DNA of 64,000 nucleotides from the human T2T-CHM13v2.0 reference genome, Homo sapiens (GCF_009914755.1 NC_060940.1), one strand, 5' to 3'; positions 42,233 through 58,527 are shown, counted from the stretch's first letter. Notes: generated by a model from the sequence alone, not told the origin. A program made the numbers and translations.

Positions 42233-42922
42233 AACTCCTGACCTCAAGTGATTCGCCCACCTCCGTCTCCTGAAGTGTTGGGATTACAGGTGTGAACCAC
42301 CGTGCCGGGCCTACAACCGGCAATTCTTGATCCTTCACACCGACTCTCGCTGTCCTCCAAGATTTTTCCTCTTTACCTATAGAGTCTCCAGGACTCGATC
42401 CCCAATCCCTTGCAAGCCCTGCAGGGAAACTGGAGGGCACTGGCTTCCCCACCTTTACTCCCCACAGTTGCTCCTCAGGACCACAGGAACGGAAGGGACC
42501 AAGCCCCTAACCTAGAATGTTAGTGATTTTAGAAGGAAAAAACTTTGGGCTTATTCAGGACTAGAACCTGAGATCTCTTACGCCTTATGTGAAAAGCATG
42601 CCTGAATCAGGCTTGACGGCACATTCCTATAATCCCAGAACTTGGGTAGTCTGAGAAGGGAGGATTACTTGAGCCCAGGAGTTCAAGACCAGGCTGGGCA
42701 ACCAAGAGGGACCCCATCTCTACTATTGCTACTGCTACTACAAAAAATAAATTGCCAAGAATTGTGGCTCAGCCTGTAGTCTCAGCTACCTGAGAGGCTG
42801 AAGTGGAAGGACTACTCGAGCCCAGAAGGTCGAGGCTACAGTAAGCTGTGACTGCATCACTGCACTCCAGCCTGGGTGACAAAGTGAGACTCTATCTCAA
42901 AATTTCAGAAAAAGCAAAATAG

Positions 42923-43361
<439 letters not shown>

Positions 43362-45165
43362 TGAGTGGTGTTCCTTGCAGCAGCATTAAGGAGCACACCC
43401 GAGGAGTTGTGCCAATGTATTTTTCATTATAAACTATCCTAAATAGGCTGAGTGAGGTGGCTCACACCTGTAATCCCAGCGCTTTGGGAGACCAAGGCAG
43501 GCAGATCACCTGGAGGTCGAGAGTTTGCGACCAACCTGACCAACACGGAGAAACTGCATCTGTACTAAAAATACAAAATTAGCCGGGCGTGGTGGTGCAT
43601 GCCTGTAATCCCAGCTACTTGGGAGGTGAAGGCAGGAAAATCGCTTCAACCCGGGAGGCGGAGGTTGTGGTGAGCCAGGAAGGTGCTATTGCACTCCAGC
43701 CTGGGCAACAAGAGCAAAACTCCATCTCAAAAAAAAAAAAAAAAAAAAAAAAACTATTCTGATAAACCGGCCGGGCGCGGTGGCTCTCGCCTGTAATCCC
43801 AGCACTTTAGGAGGCAGAGGCAGGCAGATCACCTGAGGCCAGGAGTTCGAGACCAGCCTGGCCAACATGGTGAAACCCCATGTCTACTAAAAACATACAA
43901 AAATTAGCCGGCCGTGGTGGCGCGTTCCTGCAATCATAGCTACTCAAGGGAGGCTGAGCAGGAGAATTCCTTGAACCCGGGAGGCAGAGGTTGCAGTGAG
44001 CGGATATCCCATCACCACACTCCAGCCTGCGTGACAGAGCGAGACTCATCTCAATCAGTAAATCAATCAGTCAATAAACCTCACTGCCCCAGGAATGCCG
44101 ACACCAAGTCAAGCAGACCTTCTCTTCCCTGCCGTCCGCTTCCCTGACCTGCTGGGGTTGGGAGGGCACATTCTGTGGCAGGTTGACTGGGTTTCCATGT
44201 TTCCATCCCAGCTCCTCAATTTTGTCTGAAAATGCAATAATAAGAGTATAGTAGTGAAGATTAAACGAGTTTAGATAAGTAAAGAGCTTACAAGAGTGTT
44301 AGGCATGGTGAGCCTAATAAGCATTAGCTACGTCTACTGCTAATGTTGAACATCCTAATCTCTGCCCCCTGGGTCACCGTCACCAGCCTCACAACTCTGC
44401 AAGCAGGTACCAGCAGCACCACGCTGGCCGTACAAGCAGAGATCCAGTGAAATCTTGTATGCACCCAGAGGGTCCGGGTGGAGGGAGGTTGGGTAACTCA
44501 GGAGACCACAGCTGCTCCCTCCGGCTGCACTGGGCACTTCTGGGAGGATCCGGCACCCACCTCCCTGGGCTGGAGGCCTCTAATCAGAGAGGAAGGCAGG
44601 AAAGCCAGACACTGGGACTGTCAAACTAGTGAACATTGGGATCTCTATCCCCCTCTACTTGATGGGACCTGAGTCAAACTCTACCTGACATGACCCCCTG
44701 GGGATCAGCATCTGGGCAGTGTTGCTGGACAAGGGTGGAGCCAGGCATAAGGACGATGGGAGATAAGCAGAGAAAGGTTTTGTAGGTGGCTCCTTGTCCA
44801 GGCTATGATTGTTGCTTAGGGTACAAGAGAGTCCAATCCTGTACAAGCTAAGGTTCTCAGACTTTCTTCTGTTTTAATGAGGACAGCCCTGTTGGGATCC
44901 CAGAAAAGGAAAACCCTAGTGGGGGTCTTCCCCAGGGCCTCTGCTATCAAGGAGCGAGGAATTACTGTTCTCCTGGTCTTCCAGGTAGGAACCGCATCCA
45001 TGGGGCAGGAGCCAGGATGGCTTTCTGGAATAAGCAGGGGAGGGCATAACCAGACATTGGTCACTTTAAATCTTCTGCTTGAGTTTCTTCTTTCACCAAG
45101 TCTTGCATTGCCAGGGGCAGAAAGCTGGGAGAAAAAGATGTACCTTCATGGTACAGCAAAAGGCA

Positions 45166-45238
45166 CGCCCAACGTGCGGCTCGAACCCACGACCCTGAGA
45201 TTAAGAGTCTCATGCTCTATCGACTGAGCTAGCCGGGC
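45166..45238 (-). tRNA. TRK-CTT5-1: tRNA-Lys(CTT) variant (G19A, T-stem C>G)
   Basis: ..CAGTCGATAGAG..GTGGGTTCGAGCCGCAC.. Confidence 0.9.
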
Positions 45239-46814
45239 TTCCTTATAGGATCTTTTCCATATCTACAAATGGGCCGAGTGGCCTAAGGGTGGTGGAAACA
45301 AAGGGAGGTAATGAATCACCCCGGGAAACCAGGGCGCGCTTGGGGTCCCCCACAACAGACTCAGTTCGCCACCGACGTCCCCGCTAGTGCAGGATTTCCC
45401 TCACCACCCCGCAATCTCCCATAAATGGGGGTGACCTGCCAGAGTCTCCTTCGTCACCGCGCCGGCATATATCTGTGTTCTCCCAGTCCGTGCCCTCCGC
45501 TGAAAAGGCCTTCTTTCAGAAAGAGAAAAAACATTCTCAGACTGCGACTGCACGCACTTAAAGAGTCAATGACAACCTTGGCAACCCTTTTTTTTTTTTT
45601 TTTTTTTTTTGAGGCCACTTGAGTTACAGGGACAGGAGAGTTCTGCTGTGTATGGGCCATCCTTGCAGCTGCAGACAGAAAGCCCAAAGCTCACTGGGAC
45701 TCACAGAAGCCCTCGCAGGTGCTGCTCCGCACTGTAACCTACTGTGGCGTGCATCTAGTTGTTCCCTTTCCATTACCGTGTGCTTCTATATCTAGAACTA
45801 TTTGGTTCTTTTTTCAATCAAGAAGGTTGGAGGTCCTGATGTCAAAGATATTTTCTTTATTGCCTTTCATTTCTTTAGACACAGTAGGGACAGTTGTATT
45901 ATAAGTCGGATACACTTTGCATCTGAAATATTTGCAATATTGTTTCTGTTCCTGTTAATGAGTTGTTGCTCCTGGTACCTTCTTTCCTTGTTAATTTTTA
46001 GGGTGCAATGTCCATTTTCCTTGCAAATTTCTTTGTGTAGGAAATTCTGTGAGATCTGGAATACAAATGTATTTGTCCACACACACACAAAATTATTGTT
46101 TGCTTCTGCAGGGGCTCAAGGGCATAACCAGACATTGGTCACTTTAAATCTGCTTGAGTTTCTTTCCACTTGGTCCTCAAGCGCTCAAAATTGGATTAGT
46201 CACGACTCTTGGTTCCCGGCATGTTCTCAAACCCAGCATCCCAAACAAAAAGGAAGACTCTGCCAATAGATTCTGTCCTCAGAGTAGATGTGAGGAGGCC
46301 CCAGTCCTGGTGGGCGCTGGGACTCAGGACGCAGATACCCGGGTTCCTGGGTTCAGTCTGTACCCCTTCCAGAACTAGGATAGGGGAGCAGAGGAGCCCC
46401 AGAAGGCTACACGCAGGTGAGGAGTGTCGGGATGTGGGGAGGGAGAGGACTCTAGACCCCAGATACAAACGCCCATAGCCCATCTCCTCTGCTCAAGTGC
46501 CCGGCTTTCTCTCCTTAAGGCTCTAGCCGCCGGAGCCAGGGACACTGGGTGGGAATCCCAGTGTAGAGCTTTTAAGGTGTCTGACAGTGAAGACTCGGCT
46601 CTTACTGTATATAGGAAGGACTTATCTCTTCTTCAGTGCCTCGAATGAATTCCTACTGACAAAAGTAGCTCATAAATAAAAATAATAATAAAAGCAGAAA
46701 ACAAAAATAGCAAAATATCAAACAAAAATATTAGGGAATAGGGCTCTGACGACAGTGGTGAGAAAACTCCAAATAAATTTTAAATGTGGCACTGGGTGGT
46801 GTCAGACAGCTTTA

Positions 46815-47200
<386 letters not shown>

Positions 47201-47244
47201 CTAAAGTAGGAAAGGGTAGAAACCGATATTTTGGACCAAAAACC

Positions 47245-47316
47245 GGGCTCGTCCGGGATTTGAACCCGGGACCTCTCGCACCCTAAGCGAGAATCATACC
47301 CCTAGACCAACGAGCC
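47245..47316 (-). tRNA. TRP-AGG2-7: tRNA-Pro(AGG)
   Basis: Canonical 72 nt on the minus strand; T5 terminator. Confidence 0.97.
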
Positions 47317-48742
47317 ACACGCCCCGTAGCCTCCGGCTTGTCTTTGTGGCCTTCGTGGAGTCCTCGTGGCCAGAGGTGGGGACCCAGCAGAGCAGAGCTA
47401 GGAGGAGACTCCGATTTCCTGAAGTCTGGAAGAGACAAGTTCAAGCGCGGGTGGACGCGGAGGGAGCCCTGAGCCCCCGCTTCTCCCTGCGCCGCACAAA
47501 ATGGGGAGCATCCCCTGTGCCCCCACAATCCGGGGCCCCCCGGGCCCTCGCCCGCCTCCGCCTCTCAGCCCTGGGCTGGGGATCCGCGCGTCACGCCGCG
47601 TCGCGTAGTGAGGAGCTCCAGCTCCGGCGGGACATGGGAACCTCTCAAGAGCTGGCAGCGGCTGCGCGGAGGGTCCGCGAACCGCGACCACTGGACGCCC
47701 GCCTTGGAAACGCTGCAGCCCGGCGGCGTGGTGCAGATGGGTGGTCAGTAGAGGCCTCGCCAGTGCACCAGGAACCAGCCACCAGGCCCCCTACCTCGAC
47801 GCGCCCCACGCTTCTCCCGCTCCGGTCCTCTCTTCTCCCCCAGGGAAGCCAAAACCCAGAAGGTGAGCTTCCCACGTGGAACCTCAATTCAAGAGGCTGA
47901 CACTGAGCGTCGCTTCGCTCCACCAGACCCGCGGCGCCCGCCGGAGTCAGCGATGTACCCCCTTCCCTTTCACTGGGGGAACTGGCGGAACCTCCGGTCA
48001 CCAGGACGTGGGGAAGCAGAGGCCGCTTGGGGCAGCAGAGGCCGCGTCCAGGTGTCGGTTCCGGGGCACCTTTTACTGTCACTCTGTCCTTCTCTGTGTC
48101 CAAATTTCACCCGGAGCCCGAGAATTCGGCAGGTCTGGACTGAAAACGTCTCCCCATCCCCTCCGGATCCAAGCCTCGAATTTCCTGGCTCAGTGGGAAG
48201 GCCTCGGGGTCTGGGCGTGGAGACGGGGCCCGAGACCCCCACCCCGCCAGGGCCCACTAAAGTGCTGCCAGCTGAGCCCCGGCCTTCGCCCCTCCTTCGT
48301 CTCTCCCTCATTCCCCTCCCTCTGACACCCCGCCACATACATTACTCCCCGCAATACCATGCAATTTTAAGCTAGGGTAGGGCTCACCTGAGACTGGAGC
48401 CGCCATACCGTCGAACCCTACGAAAAATTTATGCCCGTAAATAAACAAGCCCGGCGCATTCTTCCTTATTCTAAATAACTTCTTCCTGCTGCACGGGGTC
48501 GTCTCCTTTAACCACGGCTACCGCAGTTGGTAGTGCTGGATCCCATTTCAGGGTGATGGGATGCTGGATCCCATTTCAGGGTGATAGGACCGACCGCAAG
48601 GCGAACGATTCAGGCCCGTCCGTCTGCGTCCCGGGACCCCGGGAGGTCTCCACTGACGCCCTGCCAGCAGCAGGCTCCCTCCGCCTTCCTAGTCTCCTGT
48701 CCTTGCTGAAAATGCGAAATGGGAAAAAAGAGAAGGAAAAGG

Positions 48743-48814
48743 GGGCTCGTCCGGGATTTGAACCCGGGACCTCTCGCACCCAAAGCGAGAATCATACCCC
48801 TAGACCAACGAGCC
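48743..48814 (-). tRNA. TRP-TGG3-4: tRNA-Pro(TGG)
   Basis: Canonical 72 nt on the minus strand. Confidence 0.97.
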
Positions 48815-49199
48815 GCCGCTTCCCCTCTGTTTTGTTGTTGTTGTTGTTGTTTTTTGACACGTCCTTCCGCCCCTGACGCAGAGCGAGACTCTCTCCATCG
48901 CCCCAATAGCTCAGTCCTTAGCGCGCGCACCTGCGAATCTGGGCTTTTGGGTTCGCGGCCACCCTCAGATTTGCGAGGCAGGCTTTACTGCTGCTGGATA
49001 AACCAACCAGGTTATCCGTTGAGGTTATGAGCTGGTGGTTTCAATGTCGTCCTGATATGAAATATAAGTGCATTTGCCTATCACTAAGGTAAAAGGATTT
49101 CCAGGCAGGATAGTGATGTCAGAAATCACAAAGGAAATGTACAGATTTTACCCAAGTTTTTAAAACGGCAAATGACAATCCAAAGAAAATACAATCTGA

Positions 49200-49469
<270 letters not shown>

Positions 49470-49517
49470 TGACCTCAAGTGATCTACCCACCTCGGCCTC
49501 CCAAAGTGCTGGGATTA

Positions 49518-49850
<333 letters not shown>

Positions 49851-50065
49851 CTAGGCGACAGAGCAAAACTCCGTCTCAAAAAAAAAAAAAAAAAAAAAAA
49901 GTTAGTTGAGTGTGGTGGCAATCACCCATAGTCCCAGCTACTCAGGAGGCTGAAGTAGGAGGATCTCTTGAGCCCTGGAGGTGGAGGCTTGCAGTGAGCC
50001 ATGTTCATGCCACTGTCCTCCAGCCTGGGTAACAAACCCTGTCTCAAAATTATAATAATAATAAT

Positions 50066-50660
50066 AATTTGGATCTTGGATAGAGGCATACACAAAGGGA
50101 AGATGGTATGAAGGCCCAGGGAGAAGATGGCTGTCCCCAAGCCAAGGAAGGAGGTCTCAGCACCAACCAACCCTGCCCATACTTAGTCTCAGACTCCAGC
50201 CTCCAGAATAGTGAGAAAATAAATTTCTGTTATTTCATCCACTCAGCCTATGGTACTGTTATGGCGACCCTAGCAAACTAATACAGTATTATTCAATAAT
50301 ACTAAATATTATTCTGTCATAATTAGGAATGAATTATTGACATATGCAACAAGGATGAACCTTGAATACATTATGTTAAGTGAGAGAAGCCAGACATGAA
50401 AGACTGCTATTGTATAATTCCATTTATATCAAATGTAGAGAACAGGCAAATGCGTGGAGACAGAAAGCATACTAGTGGTTGCCAGAAGATTGGAGGAGGG
50501 AGGAACAGGGAGGACTGCTAATGGGTACTGCATCTGTTTTGGGCTGATGAAAACATTCTAGAACTAGATAGTAGTGACTGTTGCACAATCACATGAATAT
50601 ATAAAAACCACTCAATTACACACTTTAGTGAATTTTATGGTATGTGTAGTATATCTCAAT
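50066..50660 (+). mobile_element. 3' half of MLT1(B-like) LTR (to 50285) followed by L1M 3' end
   Basis: ...CAGCCTCCAGAATAGTGAGAAAATAAATTTCTG...GCAAACTAATACA, then L1 GGATGAACCTTGAATACATTATGTTAAGTGA. Confidence 0.8.
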
Positions 50661-50996
50661 TATCAATATACTGAGTCAAAGCATATGCCAAAATTGGAGA
50701 ATTCAGACATATAGCTATTCCCCACTGGCTTCTGTGGTAAGGCTATGAGATAAACTAGGCCTAGAATGGAATTGATGCAGCGGGCAGTTCAGAAAGTGGG
50801 GAAAGAAACTTTGCTAGTGAGGTGAGTGGTTTTTCATGTTTATTGGCCATCTGTGTGTGTGTGTGTATGTGTGTGTGTGTTTGCTTTCCTTTTTCTGTGA
50901 ATTACCTGTTGGTGTGCAAAGACAGCTGTTTACGTGGTTCTCTAGCCAGACTTTCCAGGGCACTTCCTGGCTGTGTGAACTTGAACTAATTCCTTA

Positions 50997-51390
<394 letters not shown>

Positions 51391-52703
51391 TTAGTTCATG
51401 GAAACCAGCAGAGTCTAGTCCCTATTCAGTAACTGACGAGAATGAGCAGTTGGACTCTATTCTGTTTCCTTTTTTTTTTTCTTTCTTTCTTTTTTTTTAG
51501 ACAGGGTCTCACCCTGTCAGGCTGAAGGGCAGTGGCGCAGTCTGGGCTCACTCTAAACTCCATCTCCCGGGTTCAAGCGATTCTCGTGCCTCAGCTTCCT
51601 GAGTAGCTGGGACTACAGGCACGCGCCACCATACCAGGCTGATTTTTGTATTTTTAGTAGAGACAGCGGTCTGGCATGTTGGCCAGGCTGGTTTCGCATT
51701 CCTGGCTTCAAGTGATCACCCGCCTTGGCCTCCCAAAGTGCTGGGAATACCGGCGGGAGGTACCGCGCCCAGCCTCCTTCACTTTTCTGTGACTTCCAGA
51801 GCAGACAATACATAAGACACCGGGAGAGATGCCTGCAGGTGAGTAGACAGGGTTCTCCTTGGCTTCCTTTGAGTCTCAAGGAAGTCACTGAAGCAGCGGG
51901 CCCAGCTGCCTTTTACGCCTCACGCCAGCCTCCAGACACACCCATTGCACCATGTACTGCTACTTGGCAAACTTTGTCACGGAAATCCAATGTTTCCAGT
52001 TTCTGGGTCCCGAAACTCTTCCCATGCAAGCTCTAGGACAATCTCTTTTTCTCCAGTCTCCACTTCAAGGCTCAGTTGTTTTCCACCTATGGCCCTTAGG
52101 GCCAGCCCGAGGCTACACTTGCCAGCCAGAGAGGCTGCGGCAAGCAGCGTTTATGCTCCATAGTCCCAGGTGAGGAAGACGAAGCCTTTTTTGTCATAGA
52201 TCTTCATTTCTTTTCTTAAATGTCTTTTAAAAATATGCCTATGTAATTTTTTAAAGGATTCGAAATCTATGTAGCCCAGTAATAAGCCCTTAGTTTGTAA
52301 CTTCGATTGTATTTTCTTTGGATTATCATTTGCCGTTTTAAAACCTTGGATAAAATCTGTGTATTTCCTTTATGATTTCTGACATCTCTATCCTGCCTGG
52401 AAATCCTTTTACCTTAGTAATAGGCAAATGCACCTATATATCATACCAGCACGACATTGAAACCACCAGCTCATAACCTCAGCGGGTAACCTTGTTGGTT
52501 TACCCAGCAGGAGTAAAGCCTGCCTCGGAAATCTGAGGGTGGCCGCGAACCCACAAGTCAAGATTCGCAGGTGCGCGCGCTAAGGACTGAGCTATTGGGG
52601 CGATGGAGAGAGTCTCGCTCTGCGTCAGGGACGGAAGGACGTGTCCCCCACCAGAAAAAGGAAAAAAAAAAAAAAAAAAAGAAAAAAGAAAAAAGGAAGC
52701 GGC

Positions 52704-52775
52704 GGCTCGTTGGTCTAGGGGTATGATTCTCGCTTTGGGTGCGAGAGGTCCCGGGTTCAAATCCCGGACGAGCCC
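52704..52775 (+). tRNA. TRP-TGG3-5: tRNA-Pro(TGG)
   Basis: Canonical 72 nt; TTTT downstream. Confidence 0.97.
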
Positions 52776-54243
52776 CCTTTTCCTTCTCTTTTTTCCCATT
52801 TCGCATTTTCAGCAAGGACAGGAGACTAGGAAGGCGGAGGGAGGCTGCTATTGGCAGGGCCTCAGTGGAGACCTCCCGGGGTCCCGGGACGCAGACGGAC
52901 GGGCCTGAATCGCTCGCCTTGGTGAAATGGGATCCAGCGCTGCCAACTGCGGCAACTGCGGTTAAAGGAGACGACCCCGTGCAGCAGGAGGAGGTTATTT
53001 AGAATAAGGAAGAATGCGCCGGGCTCATTGGTCGCTACAGGGGCATAAATTTTTTCTAGGATTCCAGAGTATGGCTGCTCCAGTCCCAGGTGAGCCCTCC
53101 TCCGCTTAAAATTCCAGTTTATTCGGAGAAGGGGAGAATACCGGAAGCGGGGGAGAAGGGAGGGGAGTGAGTGAGAGGAGGGAGGCGGGGAAGACCGGGC
53201 ATCCGCGGGCAGCACTTCAGTCGGCCCTGGCGGGGTGGGGGTCTCGGCCCTTGTCCCCACCCCCAGACCCCGGGGCCTTCCCACTGAGAGCGAGGGAATT
53301 CGCGGCTTTGATCTGGAGGGGACAGGGAGCCCCTTTTAGCCCAGATCTGCTGGATTCTCGGGAGTCAGGTGAAATCTGGATACAGGGAAGGGCAGAGTGA
53401 CAGTAAAGGGTGCCCCGGAACCGATGCCCGACGCCTGCTGCCCCACGGCCTTCATTCTTGCTCCTCCTCACGTCCTGGGGACTGGAGGTCCCGCCAGCTC
53501 CCCCCAGTGAAGGGCAAGGGGGCGCATCGCAGAATCGCCCCTGGTGCGCAGCGTAGTTGGTGGCCTAAGCCGTCTTCTCCGAGAGCTCAGCCATCCTGGG
53601 CACTTGAGGCCAGGCAGGCGCTGCGGGGCTGGTTCAGTCGATGGAGAAAAGAGACTCTCAGCGTCAGCCTTTAGGGTTCGAGGCCCACGTGGGAAACTCG
53701 CTTTCTGGGTTTTGGCTTCCCTGGGGAGAAGGGAGGACCGGAGCCGGAGAAGCGTGAGGTGCGGCGAGGTAGGGTGCCTGGTAGCTGGTGTCTCGTGCAC
53801 TCCGTCAGGCCTTTATTGAACACCCATTGGTGCCACGCTGAGGGACTGCAGCGTTTCCAAGGCGAGCTTGCAGTGATCGAGGCTCGCAGACCCTCAGCGC
53901 AGCCGCTGCCTGCTATTGGGAGGTTCCCATGTCCTGCGGAAGCTGGAGCTCCTCACTGCGCGCCTCGGAGACGCCGAATCCCCAACTCAAGGCCGAGTGG
54001 CGGTGGCGGGCGAGGACCCAGGGCCCTTCTGGATTGTGGTAGCGCCAGGGCTGCTCCCCATTTTGTGCGTCGCGGAGGAGGGGCCGGGGCTCTGGGCTTC
54101 CGCCACACCCATCCTCACTTGAAATTGCCCCTTCCAGGCGGGTCTGAAATAAGATTCTACTCACTGGGTCCTGCTGGGTCCGCCCCAGCCGCCCCCAGGA
54201 TGCTAGGACGCCCACAAAGATAACCTTAATGCGTAAATCGTGT

Positions 54244-54315
54244 GGCTCGTTGGTCTAGGGGTATGATTCTCGCTTAGGGTGCGAGAGGTCCCGGGTTCAA
54301 ATCCCGGACGAGCCC
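54244..54315 (+). tRNA. TRP-AGG2-8: tRNA-Pro(AGG)
   Basis: Canonical 72 nt; TTTT downstream. Confidence 0.97.
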
Positions 54316-55137
54316 GGCTTTTGGTGCAGGGTAAAAGTCGTTTCCTGCTCTTTTTTAGATTCGGCTCGACTTACAGACCTCAGCGCAGGACGTGGACGCC
54401 CTGCAAAGGTAATTTGTACAAAGGTCTCAAGCTATGTTGACGCCGCCTGCTATCCCACTACCTCTTCTTAAAATTCATCTAGAGTCCTGTCACCAGTGTT
54501 GCCAGAGCCCTTTTGACAAGCTATTTTTTTTGTCGTTTGTTTGGTTTTTGGTGGTTTTTGTTTTGTTTTGTTTTGTTTTTTGTTACTTCTGGCAGTGCAA
54601 ACTCGAGGCACCGAAGAAGAGACAAGTCCCTATATACAATAAGAGCCGAATCTTCACAGTCAGACGCCTTAAAAGGTCCAGCCTGGGACTCCCACCCACT
54701 ATCCCCGGTTCTAGCAGTCGCAGTCTTAATGAGAGAGTGAGCCAGGCACTCGAGCAGTGGAGATAGGCTATGGGTGTTTGCGTCTGGGGTCCAGAGACCT
54801 CTCCCTCCCCACATCCCGTCACTCCTCACCTGCGTGTAGCCTCTTGGGGCTCCTCTGCTCCCCCGTCCTGGTTTTGGAAGGAGTACGGACTGAACCCTGG
54901 AACCCGGGTACCCCGTCCTGAGTCCCAGCGCCCACCAGGACTGGGGCCTCCTCTGGTCTACTCTGAGGACAGATTCTATTGGCAGGGACTTCATTTTTGT
55001 TTGGGACGCTGGGTTTGAGAACGTGCTATGAATCAAGAATCAAAGAAATTTACAAGGAAAATGGACCCAGCACAAGGAGGCAGGGAGGCAGGGCTCACGC
55101 CTGCAATCCCAGCACTTTGGGAGGCTGAGGCAGGTTA

Positions 55138-55357
<220 letters not shown>

Positions 55358-56110
55358 CTAAAAAAAAAAAAAAAAAAAGACCGCAAAACAAGGTATCATG
55401 AACAACAAGTCATCAACAGTAGGCAACAGAAACAAAATTGCAAACATTTTGGATGCAGACTATTGGGAAGTCTGTAATACAATTATCCTTAGGAAAGGCA
55501 ATAAAGAAAATATCTTTGACAACGGGACCTGTGTAAAATGCTCTCCTTTGAACCTTCTAGATTGAAAAAACAACCAAATAGTTCTAGATATAAAAGCACA
55601 CAGTAATGGAAACGGAACAGCTACATGCACGTCACAGTAGGTTACAGTGCGGAGCGACACCTGCGAGGACTTCTGTGAGCTCCCAGTGAGCTTCAGACAT
55701 TCTGTCTGCAGCTCCAAAGATGGGTTAATTTGCCCGATACACAGCAGAACTCTCCTGTTCCTGTAATTCGAGTGGCCTCCAAAAAGAGGTTGTCGTTGAC
55801 TCTTTTAGGTGCGTGCAGTGTGGGTATGTTTTTTCTCTTTCTGAAAGGAGGACATTTCAGCGGACGGCAGAGAATACAGATTTATGCCAGCGCCCTGCGG
55901 AAGGAGCCTCTGGCGGGTCATCTCCATTTATGGGAGATCGCAGAGCGGTGAGCAAAGTCTTGCACCAGCGGGGATGTCGGGGTGGAACTGAACCTGTTGT
56001 AGGGGACCCCCAGTGTGCCCTGGTTTCTGGGGCTGATTCATTACGTCACTTAGTTTCTACTATTCTCATGCCACCCCGCCAATTACTAGACATAAAACGT
56101 TCCCAGGGAA

Positions 56111-56183
56111 GCCCGGCTAGCTCAGTCGGTAGAGCATGGGACTCTTAATCTCAGGGTCGTGGGTTCGAGCCCCACGTTGGGCG
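56111..56183 (+). tRNA. TRK-CTT4-1: tRNA-Lys(CTT) (G:U pair in anticodon stem)
   Basis: TGGGA-CTCTTAA-TCTCA; otherwise canonical. Confidence 0.95.
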
Positions 56184-56598
56184 ACTTGTTTTCTTCCTTG
56201 CTACCTTGGAGTTCTGGAAACAGCCAGCATTTAATGAACACTACCAGGTGCCACATCGCGCTCTGTGATGGTATCCCCTCAATGATTGAATTTTGGTCTC
56301 CGCGCGCTCCCAGCAGCAAGGATTGTCAGTGAAATGACCAAAGGCAGCACCGGGACGGGCTGGTTGCCAGCCAGGGGCAGAGGGGCGGGGGCGGGTGAGA
56401 ACTGAGGGGCCACAGGATGGGTGTGAGGGGTGCAGGGGCCTCTCCCCACTTTGTGCGGTGCGGAGAGGGGCCGGGGCGCTGGCCCACCCACTGAGTCTGC
56501 AATCCCAGTCTCCTGTCACTTTGCTTTCGCAGGCTTGAGCTTTATCGCTCCAAGTACTCCACGGCTGCCACAAAGAAAAGTAAAGGGCCTGCTGCTGT

Positions 56599-56670
56599 GG
56601 CTCGTTGGTCTAGGGGTATGATTCTCGCTTAGGATGCGAGAGGTCCCGGGTTCAAATCCCGGACGAGCCC
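56599..56670 (+). tRNA. TRP-AGG1-1: tRNA-Pro(AGG) with A37
   Basis: Loop TT-AGG-AT; rest identical to sister Pro genes. Confidence 0.95.
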
Positions 56671-57529
56671 CTCTTCTTATTTTTGAGACAGAGTCTCGCT
56701 CGGTCGCCCAGGCTGGAGTGCAGTGGCGCTATCTCAACTCGGTTGAAGCTCCTTCTCCTGGGTTCACGCCATTCTCCTGCCTCAGCCTCCTGAGTAGCTG
56801 GGACTACAGGTGCCCGCCACCACGCCCGATTAATTTTTTGTATTTTTAGTAGAGATGGGGTTTCACCGTGTTAGCCAGGATGGTCTTGATCTGACCTCGT
56901 GATCCGCCCGCCTCGGCCTCCCAAAGTGCGGGGATGACAGGCGTGAGCCACTGCGCCCGGCCAACAGCCATGCACTTTCAAGGGCTCAAGTCCAGGGTTT
57001 ACTCCAGTGAGACTCAACCCCTCGGTCCTGGATTTCTCTGCTTCAATTTATAAAATATAAAGTTACTGGGGGAATTTAGAATATGGATTGTATATTAGAT
57101 CGCCTTGTCGCATGAGTGTCTGAGGTCCCGGAAGCCTCATTGGTGGGATGAGTATCTTGAGCAGCTCCAACACTGCTGAATTTTTACCACTAGGTAAATG
57201 ACAGTCACAGCGGATTCCAGGGGTTGTGTCCACGATCCCGGGGGGCGTCGGCTTTGAGCAGCCTCAAGGGGAGGGTTTTGTCTGGCTCCTTGCTTCCTCT
57301 CGCGCCGAGCCTGGAAAAGCGAGGTGCAGGGTAGAATCTCCCGGGCCGCCTCCGTGTCCCGGACGTTGGCCCAGCTCTGAGTCGCGGCGCTCGGCCCTGG
57401 GGTGCGGCCCGGGAGGCTGCTAAGAGGGCGCTGACTTGGGCTTGCAGTTGAGCTTTTGGCGGTCCGGTGGGGTGTCTGACTCGCGCCGTCTGCAATCTTC
57501 CTCCCGGGTACTGTGCCCCGCGGGATTAA

Positions 57530-57700
<171 letters not shown>

Positions 57701-58226
57701 TAATTTTTGTATTTTTAGTAGAGACGGGGTTTCGCCATGTTGGCCAGGCTGGCCTCGAACTCCTGACCTCAAGTGATCCACCGCCTTGGCCTCCCAAAGT
57801 GCTGAGATTACTGGCGCGAGCCTCCACGCCCGGCCCCTGCAGGATCTTTTGTCATGCCCTGGACCCCAGGAGGACCTGACCTTTATTAAACACAGTGGGG
57901 CTGTCAAGGGCCTCGCGTCAAGGCTCAGCGCTTCACCGACGCACCCAGCCCGAGACCCTCCGTTGCTCTCTGACTCCGAAGGAAAATCTAGTTCCTTCGG
58001 GCGCCTGGGACTCCTTTCTGGAGGATCAGACGAGTCGGGCTCCGCGAAGCCCATGCGGGCTGGAGGATCGGAAACCACGCGGGAGAGGATAGCGCCGGTG
58101 GCGCGAGGACGCAGACTGCAGAGCTCTACGGGGAATGGGAGTTTTCTCTCGTTCACTATGGCGTCCCCGGCGACCCGAATGGAGGCTGCTGCGTTGCAAG
58201 AACTGGGCTAAGACTATTTTTTTTGA

Positions 58227-58388
<162 letters not shown>

Positions 58389-58527
58389 TAGAGACGGGGT
58401 CTCGCTATGTTGCTCAAGCTGGCATACTTCCTTGAATAAATGCCCAAACCAATTCTAGGGTCATTTTCTAGCCACCCGCGATAAGTTATTCTGTCTTTTA
58501 ATATTCTCAGTAGGGCACGTGGTAACT

